Below are positions 7,384 through 17,696 of a DNA stretch of 64,000 nucleotides, one piece after another. The position numbers were made by a program, and so were the translations under genes. The DNA comes from an uncultured Erysipelotrichaceae bacterium (GTDB taxonomy: Bacteria > Bacillota_I > Bacilli_A > Erysipelotrichales > Erysipelotrichaceae): contig CAZAZP010000003.1 of assembly GCA_964489695.1 (NCBI GenBank), forward strand, positions 884 through 64,883, written 5' to 3'. The notes below the pieces were generated by a model that ran no database searches, was not told where the DNA came from, and saw nothing but the letters and a program-made list of their open reading frames with translations. Position 1 is the first letter of the stretch. Every line of letters starts with the position of its first letter.

Positions 7384-10008
7384 TTATTTACTTTTTAAAG
7401 CCGCTTGGGCCGCCGCTAGCCGCGCAATTGGTACCCGATATGGTGAACATGAGACATAATTGAGTCCCACTTGATGGAAGAATTCAATTGAACTTGGATC
7501 ACCACCATGTTCCCCACAAATACCTAATTTCAAGTTAGCTTTAGTCTTCCGGCCTAATTGACAAGCCATTTCTACTAACTTACCGACGCCAGCTTGGTCT
7601 AAACGCGCAAATGGATCAAATTCATAAATCCGTTTAGCATAGTAATGTTCTAAAAAACCACCAGCATCATCACGGGAGAAACCAAAGGCCATTTGGGTTA
7701 GGTCGTTTGTACCAAAGGAGAAGAATTCCGCTTCTTCCGCAATTTCATCTGCCAAAATAGCAGCCCGCGGAATTTCAATCATCGTACCAACTAAATAATC
7801 TAACTTAATACCAGCAGCGTCAATCACCCGCTTAGCAGTTTGATTTACGACATCCTTAACAAACTTCAGTTCATGTTTATCGCCCACTAGTGGAATCATT
7901 AATTCTGGCACAATCTTCCAATCAGGATGAGCTTTAACCACATTAATCGCCGCTTGGATAATCGCTTCAGTTTGCATTTCCGCAATTTCTGGATAAGAAA
8001 TCGCTAAACGGCAACCACGATGACCCATCATCGGATTAAATTCATGCAAGGTACCGATAATACCTTTTAATTCAGCCACGCTCATTCCCATCTCTTGGGC
8101 TAATTCGACGATATCTTCTTCCTTAGTTGGTAAAAATTCATGTAATGGTGGATCTAAATAACGAATCGTTACTGGCAAGCCTGCCATCACTTCATAAATA
8201 TCTTCAAAGTCTTGTTGTTGAATTGGTAATAACCGGCTTAAAGCAGCCCGACGTTGTTTTTCGGTGTTACTTAAAATCATTTCACGGACAATTTTAATTC
8301 GATCAGCTTCAAAGAACATGTGTTCAGTCCGAACTAGACCAATACCTTCCGCTCCAAATTCTAAAGCTTGTTTGGCATCTTTAGGTGTGTCCGCATTAGT
8401 CCGGATACTTAAGCGACGATATTTGTCCGCCCAAGCCATAATAGTTTCAAAGTTACCAGAAATTTCAGCTGGCACCGTTTTTACTGCTTCTGCATAAATT
8501 TGACCGGTACTACCATCTAATGAAACTTCATCACCTTCATTAATCACGACATCATCAATCTTACAACTAGTTTCACTAGTAATAATTAATTCATGACAAC
8601 CCGAGACGCAGCATTTCCCCATGCCACGAGCCACCACCGCGGCATGTGAGGTCATCCCACCACGAGCCGTTAAAATTCCTTCGGCAGCATCCATCCCTTC
8701 AATATCTTCAGGTGAAGTTTCCAAGCGGATTAAAATAACCTTTTCGCCTCGGTTTTTTGCGGCGACCGCTGCTTCAGCGGTAAAGACCGCCTTCCCACTA
8801 GCAGCTCCCGGTGAAGCTGGTAAAGCGCGACCGACAACTTTTGCAGCCGCTAAAGCTGAAGTATCAAATTGTGGGTGTAATAAAGCATCTAACTGGCGTG
8901 GATCAAGTTGTAATAACGCTTGTTTTTCGTTAATTAAACCTTCTTTAACTAAATCAACCGCAATTTGTAAAGCCGCAGTCGCGGTTCTTTTACCATTACG
9001 GGTTTGTAACATATATAACTTGTGATTTTCAATCGTAAATTCCATATCTTGCATATCAAGATAATGTTTTTCCAACACTGCACAGTGTTGCGCAAATTCT
9101 TGATAAACTGCTGGCATTAACTTTTCTAATTCAGAAATTGGTAATGGTGTTCTAATTCCTGCGACAACATCTTCCCCTTGAGCATCAATTAAAAATTCAC
9201 CAAATAGTTTATGTTCACCCGTGGCTGGGTTACGAGTAAAGGCAACTCCAGTTCCGGAACTCTCGCCCGTATTGCCAAAAACCATCGCTTGAACGTTAAC
9301 CGCCGTACCCCAACTACTAGGGATATTATTCATTCGACGATAATATTCAGCCCGAGGATTATTCCAAGATTTAAAAACTGCTTTAACTGCTTCAATTAAT
9401 TGAACTTTAGGTTCCGTTGGGAAAGAAGTTCCTTTTTCACTCACATAGTGGTCTTTAAAACGTTCCACCATAGTTTTAAAATCTTCTGCAGTAAAATCAG
9501 TATCTAATTTAATTCCACGTTCTTCTTTCATCTCGTCAATAATTACTTCAAACTCTGACTTAGAGACACCCATCACGACATCCGCAAACATTTGAATAAA
9601 GCGACGATATGAATCATAAGCAAAACGAGGATTATTCGTATTCGCAGCTAAGGCTTCCACGACTTCATCGTTAAGACCAAGATTTAAAATAGTATCCATC
9701 ATCCCTGGCATCGAAGCTCGTGAACCAGAACGGACAGAAACTAATAATGGATTGGTTAGTGAACCAAAGCTCTTCCCCGTGGTTTTTTCCAGGTGAGCTA
9801 AAGCAGTAAATATTTCTGCTTCAATCGAAGCATGAATCATTTCCTGATCAGCATAATAACGCGTACAAGCTTCGGTCGTTACGACAAATCCTGGTGGCAC
9901 TGGCAAGCCCAAGCTAACCATTTCAGCTAAGTTTGCCCCTTTACCACCGAGTAATTCTCGCATAGAGCCGTTGCCTTCAGCAAAACTATAGACATATTTT
10001 CTACTCAT
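7384..10008 (-). CDS. ppdK: pyruvate, phosphate dikinase
   Basis: Full-length PPDK pattern: N-terminal GGKGANLAEM, phosphohistidine GGMTSHAAVVARG, C-terminal PEP-utilising domain. ATG behind GGAGG. Confidence 0.95.
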   Translation of the reverse strand: MSRKYVYSFAEGNGSMRELLGGKGANLAEMVSLGLPVPPGFVVTTEACTRYYADQEMIHASIEAEIFTALAHLEKTTGKSFGSLTNPLLVSVRSGSRASMPGMMDTILNLGLNDEVVEALAANTNNPRFAYDSYRRFIQMFADVVMGVSKSEFEVIIDEMKEERGIKLDTDFTAEDFKTMVERFKDHYVSEKGTSFPTEPKVQLIEAVKAVFKSWNNPRAEYYRRMNNIPSSWGTAVNVQAMVFGNTGESSGTGVAFTRNPATGEHKLFGEFLIDAQGEDVVAGIRTPLPISELEKLMPAVYQEFAQHCAVLEKHYLDMQDMEFTIENHKLYMLQTRNGKRTATAALQIAVDLVKEGLINEKQALLQLDPRQLDALLHPQFDTSALAAAKVVGRALPASPGAASGKAVFTAEAAVAAKNRGEKVILIRLETSPEDIEGMDAAEGILTARGGMTSHAAVVARGMGKCCVSGCHELIITSETSCKIDDVVINEGDEVSLDGSTGQIYAEAVKTVPAEISGNFETIMAWADKYRRLSIRTNADTPKDAKQALEFGAEGIGLVRTEHMFFEADRIKIVREMILSNTEKQRRAALSRLLPIQQQDFEDIYEVMAGLPVTIRYLDPPLHEFLPTKEEDIVELAQEMGMSVAELKGIIGTLHEFNPMMGHRGCRLAISYPEIAEMQTEAIIQAAINVVKAHPDWKIVPELMIPLVGDKHELKFVKDVVNQTAKRVIDAAGIKLDYLVGTMIEIPRAAILADEIAEEAEFFSFGTNDLTQMAFGFSRDDAGGFLEHYYAKRIYEFDPFARLDQAGVGKLVEMACQLGRKTKANLKLGICGEHGGDPSSIEFFHQVGLNYVSCSPYRVPIARLAAAQAALKSK

Positions 10009-10034
10009 ATTTTCCTCCACATCCTACAGCCTCT

Positions 10035-10063
10035 AGTATAACAAAAAACACAGTAAATACCAA
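10035..10063 (-). promoter_or_regulatory. candidate promoter of ppdK
   Basis: Minus strand TTGGTA, 17 nt ending in TGT, then TATACT (extended -10). Confidence 0.45.
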
Positions 10064-10078
10064 CCTCAAATCACTAGC

Positions 10079-12679
10079 TTATTTTGACTTTATTAAATTA
10101 TTCAGCTCTTGTTTTACAATCACTAATTGTTGTTGGTAATCAGCTAATTTAGCTTGCTCTAGGGCAATCTTTTCTGGCTTAGCTTTCGCCATAAAATTCG
10201 GATTATTTAAGATTTTTAGCGACCTATCTATCTCTGTTTGTAAAGTCGCACTTTCTTTCTCTAAGCGCGCCAGTTCTGTGGTGTAATCAACTAAATTGCC
10301 TTGCTCAACTTGAATAATCGCTCCTTCAAGTGGTACAGTAACGACCTTATCTAAACTACTTACTACACTAGCTTTACTTAACAATTCCAACATTTCTAAG
10401 CTAGCGGTAGACAACTTAATCTCAGCTAAATCATGAGTTAATAACTTAATTGCCAGTGGTGTTTGCGGCTTAAGATTGTAAGTAACTTTTAACTCACGTA
10501 AACTACTAATCACCTTAATCAGTAACTCAATCTCACTAATATTATAAACTTGCATTAAGGGAGTTGGATAAGCCGTGAAATAAATATTTTCATCATTTAA
10601 ACTAGTATAAATTTCATCTGTAACAAACGGAATAAATGGATGGAGCAAAACCAAGATCTGATTTAAGACATATTTTAGCGTCATTAAAGTACCAGTTTTT
10701 AATGCTTGATCAGTGCTATTTAAATTTGCTTTACTTAACTCAATATACCAATCACAAAAATCATCCCAAACAAAATGATATAGTTCATTGCCAGCTAAGG
10801 AAATTTCATATTTATCTAATTGAGCCTTCACATTAATAATAGTTTGATCAAGTTTCGCCAAAATAAAGTGATCGACCGCACTAGTTAACTCAAACCTAAA
10901 AGCTGGTAAACTTTCATCCGTCAATTTAAGCTCCACAAAGCGCGCCGCATTCCATAGTTTATTAATGAAGTTCCAAGCCGCTTCAACCTTTTCTGCTTGA
11001 TAGCGAATATCTTGGCCGGGAGATGAATTAGTAGTTAAGAAAAAGCGTAACGCATCTACCCCATATTCCGCAATCACATCCATCGGATCAACCCCATTAC
11101 CAAGCGATTTACTCATTTTTCGGCCTTGTTCATCGCGAATTAATCCATGAATTAAAACATCTTTAAAAGGCCGACTAGCAGTAAAATAGCGCGCGGTAAA
11201 AGCCATCCGAGCCACCCAAAAGAAAATAATATCATAGCCTGTTACCATCACTGAAGTTGGATAATAACGTTTAAAATCAGCTGTTTCAGTTGGCCAGCCT
11301 AAAGTAGAAAATGGCCAAAGAGCACTAGAAAACCAAGTATCTAACACATCTTCATCTTGGTCCCAATCTTCAATTGGGCTAGGTGCTGTTTCGCCCACAT
11401 ATATTTCGCCGGTTGTTTTATGATAATAAGCTGGAATACGGTGCCCCCACCAAAGTTGACGGGAAATACACCAATCTTCAATATTTTCTAACCAAGTAGT
11501 AAAAACTTGTTCAAAACGCGCGGGATAAAAATTTAACTTTTGGTTTTCATCAGTTTGATATTTTAAAACTTCCCTCGCTAATGGTTGCATCTTCACAAAC
11601 CATTGTTTGCTTAAATACGGTTCCACAATTGAATCAGTCCGTTCGGAATGGCCCACTTGGTGATAGTGTTCTTTTATCTCAATTAGATTACCTTCTGCTT
11701 CAATCCGTTTGACTAACGCTTTCCGACAAGCAAAGCGATCAAGACCCGCAAATTCACCCGCTAGTTCATTCATCGTCCCATCTGGGTTTAAACAAATAAT
11801 TTTATCTAAGTTATATTTTAACGCTAAATTAAAGTCATTTGGGTCATGGGCTGGCGTACATTTCATCACCCCGGTCCCAAATTCCATCTCGACATATTCA
11901 TCGCCAATAATTTTTAATGGTTGATGATTAGCTGGGTTCAGCGCAAATCGGCCAATATATTGATTAAAACGCGCATCCTTCGGATTAACCACTAAACAAA
12001 CATCCCCAAACATCGTTTCGGGTCGAGTCGTGGCGACCACTAAGGTTTCATTACTACCTACAATTGGGTAATTAAAAGTATAAAACGCCCCTTTGATTTC
12101 TTTATGGATAACTTCAATATTGGATAAAGCCGTCTTAGCTTCGACGTCCCAGTTAATAATTCGTTCGCCTTGATAAATTAAACCCGCTTGATATAAATCA
12201 ATAAAGACTTTATTAACCGCTCGGTTTAAACCTTCATCGAGCGTAAATCGTTCACGGGAATAATCCACCGCAATCCCGAGTTTCGCCCATTGTTCACGGA
12301 TATGGCTCGCGTATTCCGCTTTCCAAGCCCAAGCCCGTTTTAAAAACTCAGCGCGACCTAATTTATAAGCTGAAGTCCCTTCTGACCTGAGACGTTCTTC
12401 AATTTTGGCTTGGGTCGCAATCCCCGCATGATCCATACCTGGCAAATATAATGTATCTTTTCCTAACAAATGTTGGTAACGAATCAAAATGTCTTGTAAG
12501 GTATTATCCCAAGCATGACCTAAGTGCAATTTGCCTGTTACATTAGGCGGTGGAATTACAATCGTAAATGGGGCTTTATTTACCTCACCCGCTTGAAATT
12601 GATTCGTCTTTAACCATTTCTCATATTTATCAGCCTCTACTTGTTGGGGCTGATATTTCTTGCTAAGCTCTTTTTTCAT
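10079..12679 (-). CDS. valS: valine--tRNA ligase
   Basis: Class I HIGH (LHLGHAWD) and KMSKS motifs, C-terminal coiled coil. Overlaps the upstream GNAT gene by 17 nt. Confidence 0.97.
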   Translation of the reverse strand: MKKELSKKYQPQQVEADKYEKWLKTNQFQAGEVNKAPFTIVIPPPNVTGKLHLGHAWDNTLQDILIRYQHLLGKDTLYLPGMDHAGIATQAKIEERLRSEGTSAYKLGRAEFLKRAWAWKAEYASHIREQWAKLGIAVDYSRERFTLDEGLNRAVNKVFIDLYQAGLIYQGERIINWDVEAKTALSNIEVIHKEIKGAFYTFNYPIVGSNETLVVATTRPETMFGDVCLVVNPKDARFNQYIGRFALNPANHQPLKIIGDEYVEMEFGTGVMKCTPAHDPNDFNLALKYNLDKIICLNPDGTMNELAGEFAGLDRFACRKALVKRIEAEGNLIEIKEHYHQVGHSERTDSIVEPYLSKQWFVKMQPLAREVLKYQTDENQKLNFYPARFEQVFTTWLENIEDWCISRQLWWGHRIPAYYHKTTGEIYVGETAPSPIEDWDQDEDVLDTWFSSALWPFSTLGWPTETADFKRYYPTSVMVTGYDIIFFWVARMAFTARYFTASRPFKDVLIHGLIRDEQGRKMSKSLGNGVDPMDVIAEYGVDALRFFLTTNSSPGQDIRYQAEKVEAAWNFINKLWNAARFVELKLTDESLPAFRFELTSAVDHFILAKLDQTIINVKAQLDKYEISLAGNELYHFVWDDFCDWYIELSKANLNSTDQALKTGTLMTLKYVLNQILVLLHPFIPFVTDEIYTSLNDENIYFTAYPTPLMQVYNISEIELLIKVISSLRELKVTYNLKPQTPLAIKLLTHDLAEIKLSTASLEMLELLSKASVVSSLDKVVTVPLEGAIIQVEQGNLVDYTTELARLEKESATLQTEIDRSLKILNNPNFMAKAKPEKIALEQAKLADYQQQLVIVKQELNNLIKSK

Positions 12680-13217
12680 ATTCCTCCTTAAGTAACCGGT
12701 ATTCTAAGATGTCTGAGAAACTACCTTGTTTATTGGTTGTTTGTGCGACTTTCCGTCCTTCATAAATGAAATCAAGCTTATTGATTAAAGCTTGCGAAGC
12801 AATATTTTCTGCTAAGTGCCGGACTTCTAATCGGCGCACGCCATAAGTATGAAAGGCGTAAGCCAGTATGGCCGAAGCTGCTTCAAACATATAGCCTTGA
12901 CGCCAATACGCTGAATTTAAAATATAGCCTAGTTCAAAGTTATCAAACCGCGCGGGCGTAAAACCACAAGTCCCAATCATTTTCCCGCTGGCTTTTAACT
13001 CTAACGCCCAACTTACTGGTAGACCACGCTTTTTTCGGGTTAAAAAAACAGTTTTAATTATCTCTTTACTCTGCGCTAAAGTCTCGTGACGCTCAAATAA
13101 TACATAGCGCGTAGTTAACTCATCACTGGCATATTCAAACATATCTTTAGCATCATTTAATTTGACTGGTCGTAAAATTAAACGTTTAGTCTCAAGTTTT
13201 AATTCATCACTAAGCAT
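12663..13217 (-). CDS. GNAT family N-acetyltransferase (RimJ/RimL-like)
   Basis: TKRLILRP..., ELGYILNSAYWRQGYMFEA, N..S..L..KLDF..EG pattern. The ATG at 13217 follows AAGGAGA. The long start at 13235 abuts the T-box terminator. Confidence 0.8.
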   Translation of the reverse strand: MLSDELKLETKRLILRPVKLNDAKDMFEYASDELTTRYVLFERHETLAQSKEIIKTVFLTRKKRGLPVSWALELKASGKMIGTCGFTPARFDNFELGYILNSAYWRQGYMFEAASAILAYAFHTYGVRRLEVRHLAENIASQALINKLDFIYEGRKVAQTTNKQGSFSDILEYRLLKEEYEKRA

Positions 13218-13235
13218 AAAAGTCTCCTTTAACAT

Positions 13236-13436
13236 AAAAAAACGTCCCCTAAGGACGCCAAGCGCGGTACCACCCTAATTAACTTTAAGTTCACTCAAAT
13301 CGTTAACGCCGATTTACGGATTATTATACTATCTTCCAATAATCACTCCAGGGTGACACCTTTAATCGACTGGTCTTTTTCCACCACTTCAAGACTCTCT
13401 AGACAGTTTTTTAAAGTCAGTCCTATCATCGTTTTC
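13236..13436 (-). promoter_or_regulatory. T-box leader (probable Val specifier GUC) with terminator
   Basis: Minus strand has the AGAGAG bulge, GUGGUGGAA distal loop, GGUGUCACC (GUC then A) and the T-box AAUUAGGGUGGUACCGCG. The terminator is GCGUCC..GGGACGU plus U7. Confidence 0.85.
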
Positions 13437-13457
13437 TTAATTTTAGTTAAAGCTGGG

Positions 13458-14054
13458 TTATTTGTCAAGTTGTAGCACTGCTTCAAGACAGCGCCAAGCT
13501 GACTCCACATTTAAGCGGTTCTTGGCACTAAAGAGAAATAATTGATCAGTTGTTAAACCAAATGTTTCCGCAATTAAGGCTAATTGTTGTTGCTGTTTTT
13601 GATAACCTAACTTATCAGCTTTAGTTAAAACTAACTGCACGGGTAACTGGAAATATTTTAAATAGTCAAACATTAAATGGTCATCTTGGGTTGGTTGATG
13701 GCGACTATCTAAAATCAAAAAGCTACCTTTTAAAGTGGTCCGTTTCCCTAAATAATCTTCCATTAAACGTTGATAATGTTGTAATTCACTTTGGCTCCGC
13801 CGCGCATAACCATAACCCGGCGCATCCACCAAACGAAATTGGTTATTCACTTCATAAAAATTTAATAGCCGAGTTTTTCCAGGAGTTTGCCCAACATAAG
13901 CTAAATTTCTCCGGCCTAATAGTGCATTAATAAAGCTAGATTTACCCACGTTACTTTTCCCAAGTAAGACTATTTCTGGTAAATCAGCAGGCGGCCAGCC
14001 CGTTGGTCCAGCCGCACTACCGATATACGTTGCTTGTAAAGCTTGTTTATTCAT
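13458..14054 (-). CDS. engB: ribosome biogenesis GTP-binding protein YsxC/EngB
   Basis: G1 motif GKSNVGKSSFINAL, DAPGYGY, TKADK. Sits downstream of lon as in Bacillus. Confidence 0.93.
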   Translation of the reverse strand: MNKQALQATYIGSAAGPTGWPPADLPEIVLLGKSNVGKSSFINALLGRRNLAYVGQTPGKTRLLNFYEVNNQFRLVDAPGYGYARRSQSELQHYQRLMEDYLGKRTTLKGSFLILDSRHQPTQDDHLMFDYLKYFQLPVQLVLTKADKLGYQKQQQQLALIAETFGLTTDQLFLFSAKNRLNVESAWRCLEAVLQLDK

Positions 14055-16366
14055 TAGACTAAAGCATTCTGTAAAACTTGATCCATATTTTCTACTAACA
14101 CAATTTTCATATTGTCTTTAACCACATTTGGTATTTCATCCATATCTTTACTATTCCGTTTAGGAATTAACACGGTATTAATACCAGAGCGATGAGCAGC
14201 AAGTGTTTTTTCTTTTAAACCACCAATTGGTAAGACATGACCACGTAAAGTCACTTCACCAGTCATGGCTACTCCAGCATTAACGGCTTTTTTCGTTAAA
14301 GCGGAAATCAAGGCGGTGGTTAAAGTAATTCCCGCACTAGGGCCATCTTTGGGGACTGCCCCTTCCGGTACGTGAATGTGGATATCATGTTTTTCAAAGA
14401 ATTTTGGATCAATATGATATTTTTTCGCATTAGCTTTGACATAACCAAAAGCAATTTCAGCTGATTCTTTCATGACATCGCCTAATTGACCAGTCACGAT
14501 CAAACTACCTTTTCCTTCAAAAGAAGTAACTTCAATTGATAAGATATCACCACCAAAAGCGGTATAAGCTAAACCAGTAGCGACGCCCACTTGATTGCTT
14601 TTTTCTTTATTACCATAATCATAAATCTCTTTACCGAGCCATTCATTTATCCGTTTTTTGGTCATCGTCATCGATTTCTTCTTTTCTTTTAGAATTGTTA
14701 AAATCGTTTTCCGACCAAGAGCGGTAATCACCCGTTCTAATTGGCGCACGCCCGCTTCTCGTGTATAATAACGAATCAAATAATAGATTTCATCATCATG
14801 TAACACAAATTGACTGGGTTTTAAACCACTGGCATCTAAAGCTCGGGCTAATAAGTGTTCTTTCGCGATATGGAATTTCTCTTCCTCGGTATAAGAGGAT
14901 AATTGAATAATTTCTAAGCGATCACGTAAGGCATGGGGAATATCTTCTAAGTAGTTAGCCGTCGCAATAAACATAACCTTTGATAAATCATAGGCTTCCT
15001 CAATATAGTGATCACTAAATAAAGCATTTTGTTCAGGGTCAAGGACTTCTAACATCGCACTGCTAGGATCACCTTTATAATCAGCCCCCATCTTATCGAT
15101 TTCATCAATTAAAAAGACTGGGTTAATCACTTGAGCTCGCTTCATTCCTTGAATAAAGCGTCCTGGTAAGGAACCTAAATAAGTCCGCCGGTGCCCACGG
15201 ATTTCTGATTCATCCCGCACACCACCTAAACTGACTTTAATAAACTTCCGATTTAAAGCGCGGGCAATGGATTTGGCTAACGATGTCTTACCAACTCCTG
15301 GTGGCCCAACTAAACAAAGAATTGGGGCCTTAAGTGAATTGGTTACAGTCTTAACCGCTAAATATTCCATAATCCGTTCTTTGACTTTCTTTAAACCATA
15401 GTGATCTTCATCTAAAATCTGATGGACTTTTTGCATATCAGTTTCATCAGTTGATTCTTGCCACCAAGGAATATCTAACAGCCAATCTAAGTAAGAACGA
15501 ATGACACCAGCTTCACCACTAGCCGCTGGTAAAGTTTCATAACGTTTTAACTCATCTAACGCTTTCTTTTTAATATTCTCCGGGTAAGGATTGTTCATAA
15601 TCCGCTCTCTTAACTCACTTGAGTCATCACCTACACTACTAACTTCACCTAGTTCTTCTTTAATAGCCCGTAATTTTTCTCTTAAGTAATATTCTTTTTG
15701 ATTTTCATCAATGCGTTCGCGGACTTTATCACTAATTTCTTTTTCAATCCCAACTAGTTCTTTTTCCGTCGCGATTTCATGAATCAATAATAATAACCGT
15801 TCATTAACACGTAATTCTTCTAATAATAACTGCCGCCGTTCAAAAGGTAAAGGGAAAAATTGGGCAATCTGATCGGCCAACTCTGGAGCACTAACACCAA
15901 TGGTTAATTGACGAATAACTTCCGCTGGAACTTTAACGTTTTGATTAGTTAAACCCTCAAATTCTTTCGCAATACTGCGAACTAAAGCTAGTTCTTCTTG
16001 TTCGTTAGTACTAATATCATTTAAACCTTCTACCGTGGCAAACAGCATATTATTATCATCACTTAAATGTAATAATTTAGCCCGTTGCACACCTTCAAAA
16101 GTCACAATCTTAAAACCATCTTTATCTTTAATCTTTTTAATCCGACAGATCGTACCCACTTCATACACATCTTGAGCTAAGGGGTCTTCAATAAAGATTT
16201 CTCTTTGGGCAACTACCCAAACATGGCTATCAAAAAATTCGGTGGCTTCCGCAATCGCTGTTAAACTCTTTTCGCGGCCAACATCAATCGTGATCTCTTG
16301 ACCAGGAAAAATAATGACACCTCGGGTCGCAATCGCAGGGACGCTAAACTCGATTTTGTTAGTCAT
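14054..16366 (-). CDS. lon: ATP-dependent Lon protease (LonA)
   Basis: Walker A GPPGVGKTS, protease-domain PKDGPSAGIT, 770 aa. AGGAGG RBS. Confidence 0.97.
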   Translation of the reverse strand: MTNKIEFSVPAIATRGVIIFPGQEITIDVGREKSLTAIAEATEFFDSHVWVVAQREIFIEDPLAQDVYEVGTICRIKKIKDKDGFKIVTFEGVQRAKLLHLSDDNNMLFATVEGLNDISTNEQEELALVRSIAKEFEGLTNQNVKVPAEVIRQLTIGVSAPELADQIAQFFPLPFERRQLLLEELRVNERLLLLIHEIATEKELVGIEKEISDKVRERIDENQKEYYLREKLRAIKEELGEVSSVGDDSSELRERIMNNPYPENIKKKALDELKRYETLPAASGEAGVIRSYLDWLLDIPWWQESTDETDMQKVHQILDEDHYGLKKVKERIMEYLAVKTVTNSLKAPILCLVGPPGVGKTSLAKSIARALNRKFIKVSLGGVRDESEIRGHRRTYLGSLPGRFIQGMKRAQVINPVFLIDEIDKMGADYKGDPSSAMLEVLDPEQNALFSDHYIEEAYDLSKVMFIATANYLEDIPHALRDRLEIIQLSSYTEEEKFHIAKEHLLARALDASGLKPSQFVLHDDEIYYLIRYYTREAGVRQLERVITALGRKTILTILKEKKKSMTMTKKRINEWLGKEIYDYGNKEKSNQVGVATGLAYTAFGGDILSIEVTSFEGKGSLIVTGQLGDVMKESAEIAFGYVKANAKKYHIDPKFFEKHDIHIHVPEGAVPKDGPSAGITLTTALISALTKKAVNAGVAMTGEVTLRGHVLPIGGLKEKTLAAHRSGINTVLIPKRNSKDMDEIPNVVKDNMKIVLVENMDQVLQNALV

Positions 16367-16383
16367 AGTCTACCTCCTTTGGT

Positions 16384-16404
16384 AAAAAAGACGCTGAGCG
16401 TCTT
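16384..16404. terminator. intrinsic terminator between tig and lon
   Basis: AAGACGC-TCA-GCGTCTT plus a T-run on the minus strand. The lon SD begins 4 nt after the U-tract. Confidence 0.65.
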
Positions 16405-16405
16405 T

Positions 16406-17671
16406 TTATATTTTGATTAAATCGTAAGCTTTTCTGATCTTAAGATCACTTATTAATACCTCTTGGCCCAGTAGACGCTTCACTTCAGCCACGTCCATTT
16501 GATAGTTCTCGGCGATTGCGAGGTATTCAGCTTCGATTTCCTCAAGCCCGATTTCAAACTGTTCCTGATTAGCTATTTCAGCTAAGACTAAGCGGAGTCT
16601 TACTTTCTTTTCCGCATCTTTCGCCATTTCTGCTCTCAGTTGCTCTTCAGTCTGACCGGTCATAGCAATAAACTGTTCGAAGGGGAAACCTTGGTTGGCT
16701 AACCGATTTTTAAAATCGTTTACCAGGTTTTCCGTTTCATCATCAATCATTACTTGCGGGACATTGACAGTTGCTCCCGCGACAACTTGATCAAATAATT
16801 CGTTATTAGCTGCTTCTTCTGCTTTCCGCTTTTTTTCTGCCAACAAATCCGCTTCAATATTCGACTTTAATTCAGCGAAACTTGTGACGCCATCACGATT
16901 TAATTCACGAGCGAATTCATCATCTAATGCAGGTAGAACTCGTTCTTTAATCTCATGCAACGTGACTTTAAACGTTGTTTTTTGACCAGCTAAGTCTGCG
17001 GCTTGATAATCAGCTGGGAAAGTGACTTCGATCTCTTTCGCTTCACCGGCCATCATCCCTACTAGCTGTTCTTCAAAACCCGGGATAAAGCTATTCGAAC
17101 CTAATTTTAAGCTATAATTTTCACCTTTACCCCCTTCAAAAGCTACTCCATCTTTAAAACCTTCAAAGTCAATGACAGTCGTATCTTCTAAAGCAGCAGG
17201 ACGATCAGCAACTAAGACTAATTCTGCATAATTTTCTGCCAATTGATGAATTGTATCATCAATCTCAGCTGGCTCCACGGTAACTTCAGCGATTTCAATC
17301 GGTAGATTTTTATATTCACCTAAAGTAACTTGTGGGCTAACCACGAAGTGGAACTTATATATAACCTGCTCGGGTGATAGATCTTCTAAGTGTAAGTGCG
17401 GTTGGCTAACTGGTGTAATCGCATGTTCATTTAAACCAAAATCTAAGGCTGTTTGCGCGTAATGATTAGCTGCTTCATACAAAACATTTTCTAATTTCAC
17501 TTGTTTTTCCACTAAATGTTTTGGGGCAGTCCCTTTTCTAAAACCTGATACTTCCACATCTTTCGCTAATTTAGCAAACGCCTTCTCTTGCGCGGTTTTC
17601 CAAGCCTCACCACTTGCGGTGACTAGTAACTCGCCGTTAGAATCATCATGCACTTCCCAGGTTGTCTTCAT
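16406..17671 (-). CDS. tig: trigger factor
   Basis: GFRKG ribosome-binding signature, FKBP-type middle domain. The ATG at 17671 follows AGGAGG. The upstream in-frame ATG lies inside the promoter. Confidence 0.95.
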   Translation of the reverse strand: MKTTWEVHDDSNGELLVTASGEAWKTAQEKAFAKLAKDVEVSGFRKGTAPKHLVEKQVKLENVLYEAANHYAQTALDFGLNEHAITPVSQPHLHLEDLSPEQVIYKFHFVVSPQVTLGEYKNLPIEIAEVTVEPAEIDDTIHQLAENYAELVLVADRPAALEDTTVIDFEGFKDGVAFEGGKGENYSLKLGSNSFIPGFEEQLVGMMAGEAKEIEVTFPADYQAADLAGQKTTFKVTLHEIKERVLPALDDEFARELNRDGVTSFAELKSNIEADLLAEKKRKAEEAANNELFDQVVAGATVNVPQVMIDDETENLVNDFKNRLANQGFPFEQFIAMTGQTEEQLRAEMAKDAEKKVRLRLVLAEIANQEQFEIGLEEIEAEYLAIAENYQMDVAEVKRLLGQEVLISDLKIRKAYDLIKI

Positions 17672-17696
17672 TCTATATCCTCCTAATTGCTTCATC

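Noticed and set aside
5226-9399. Plus-strand ORFs of 62-134 aa nested inside mgtA and ppdK (5226-5540, 6417-6620, 8264-8497, 8621-9025, 9211-9399).
   Set aside because: They lie antisense to long, motif-rich genes, have low-complexity Ala/Ser/Lys-rich translations and no RBS. They are typical shadow ORFs. The same applies to the other nested track ORFs: 3334, 10636, 11709, 13691, 18718, 19519, 20116, 20527, 22422, 25665, 26711, 30068, 35767, 42114, 51276, 53415, 55139, 58083, 58686, 59140, 59743 and 60649 on the plus strand; 3715, 25789, 34771, 41385 and 42730 on the minus strand.
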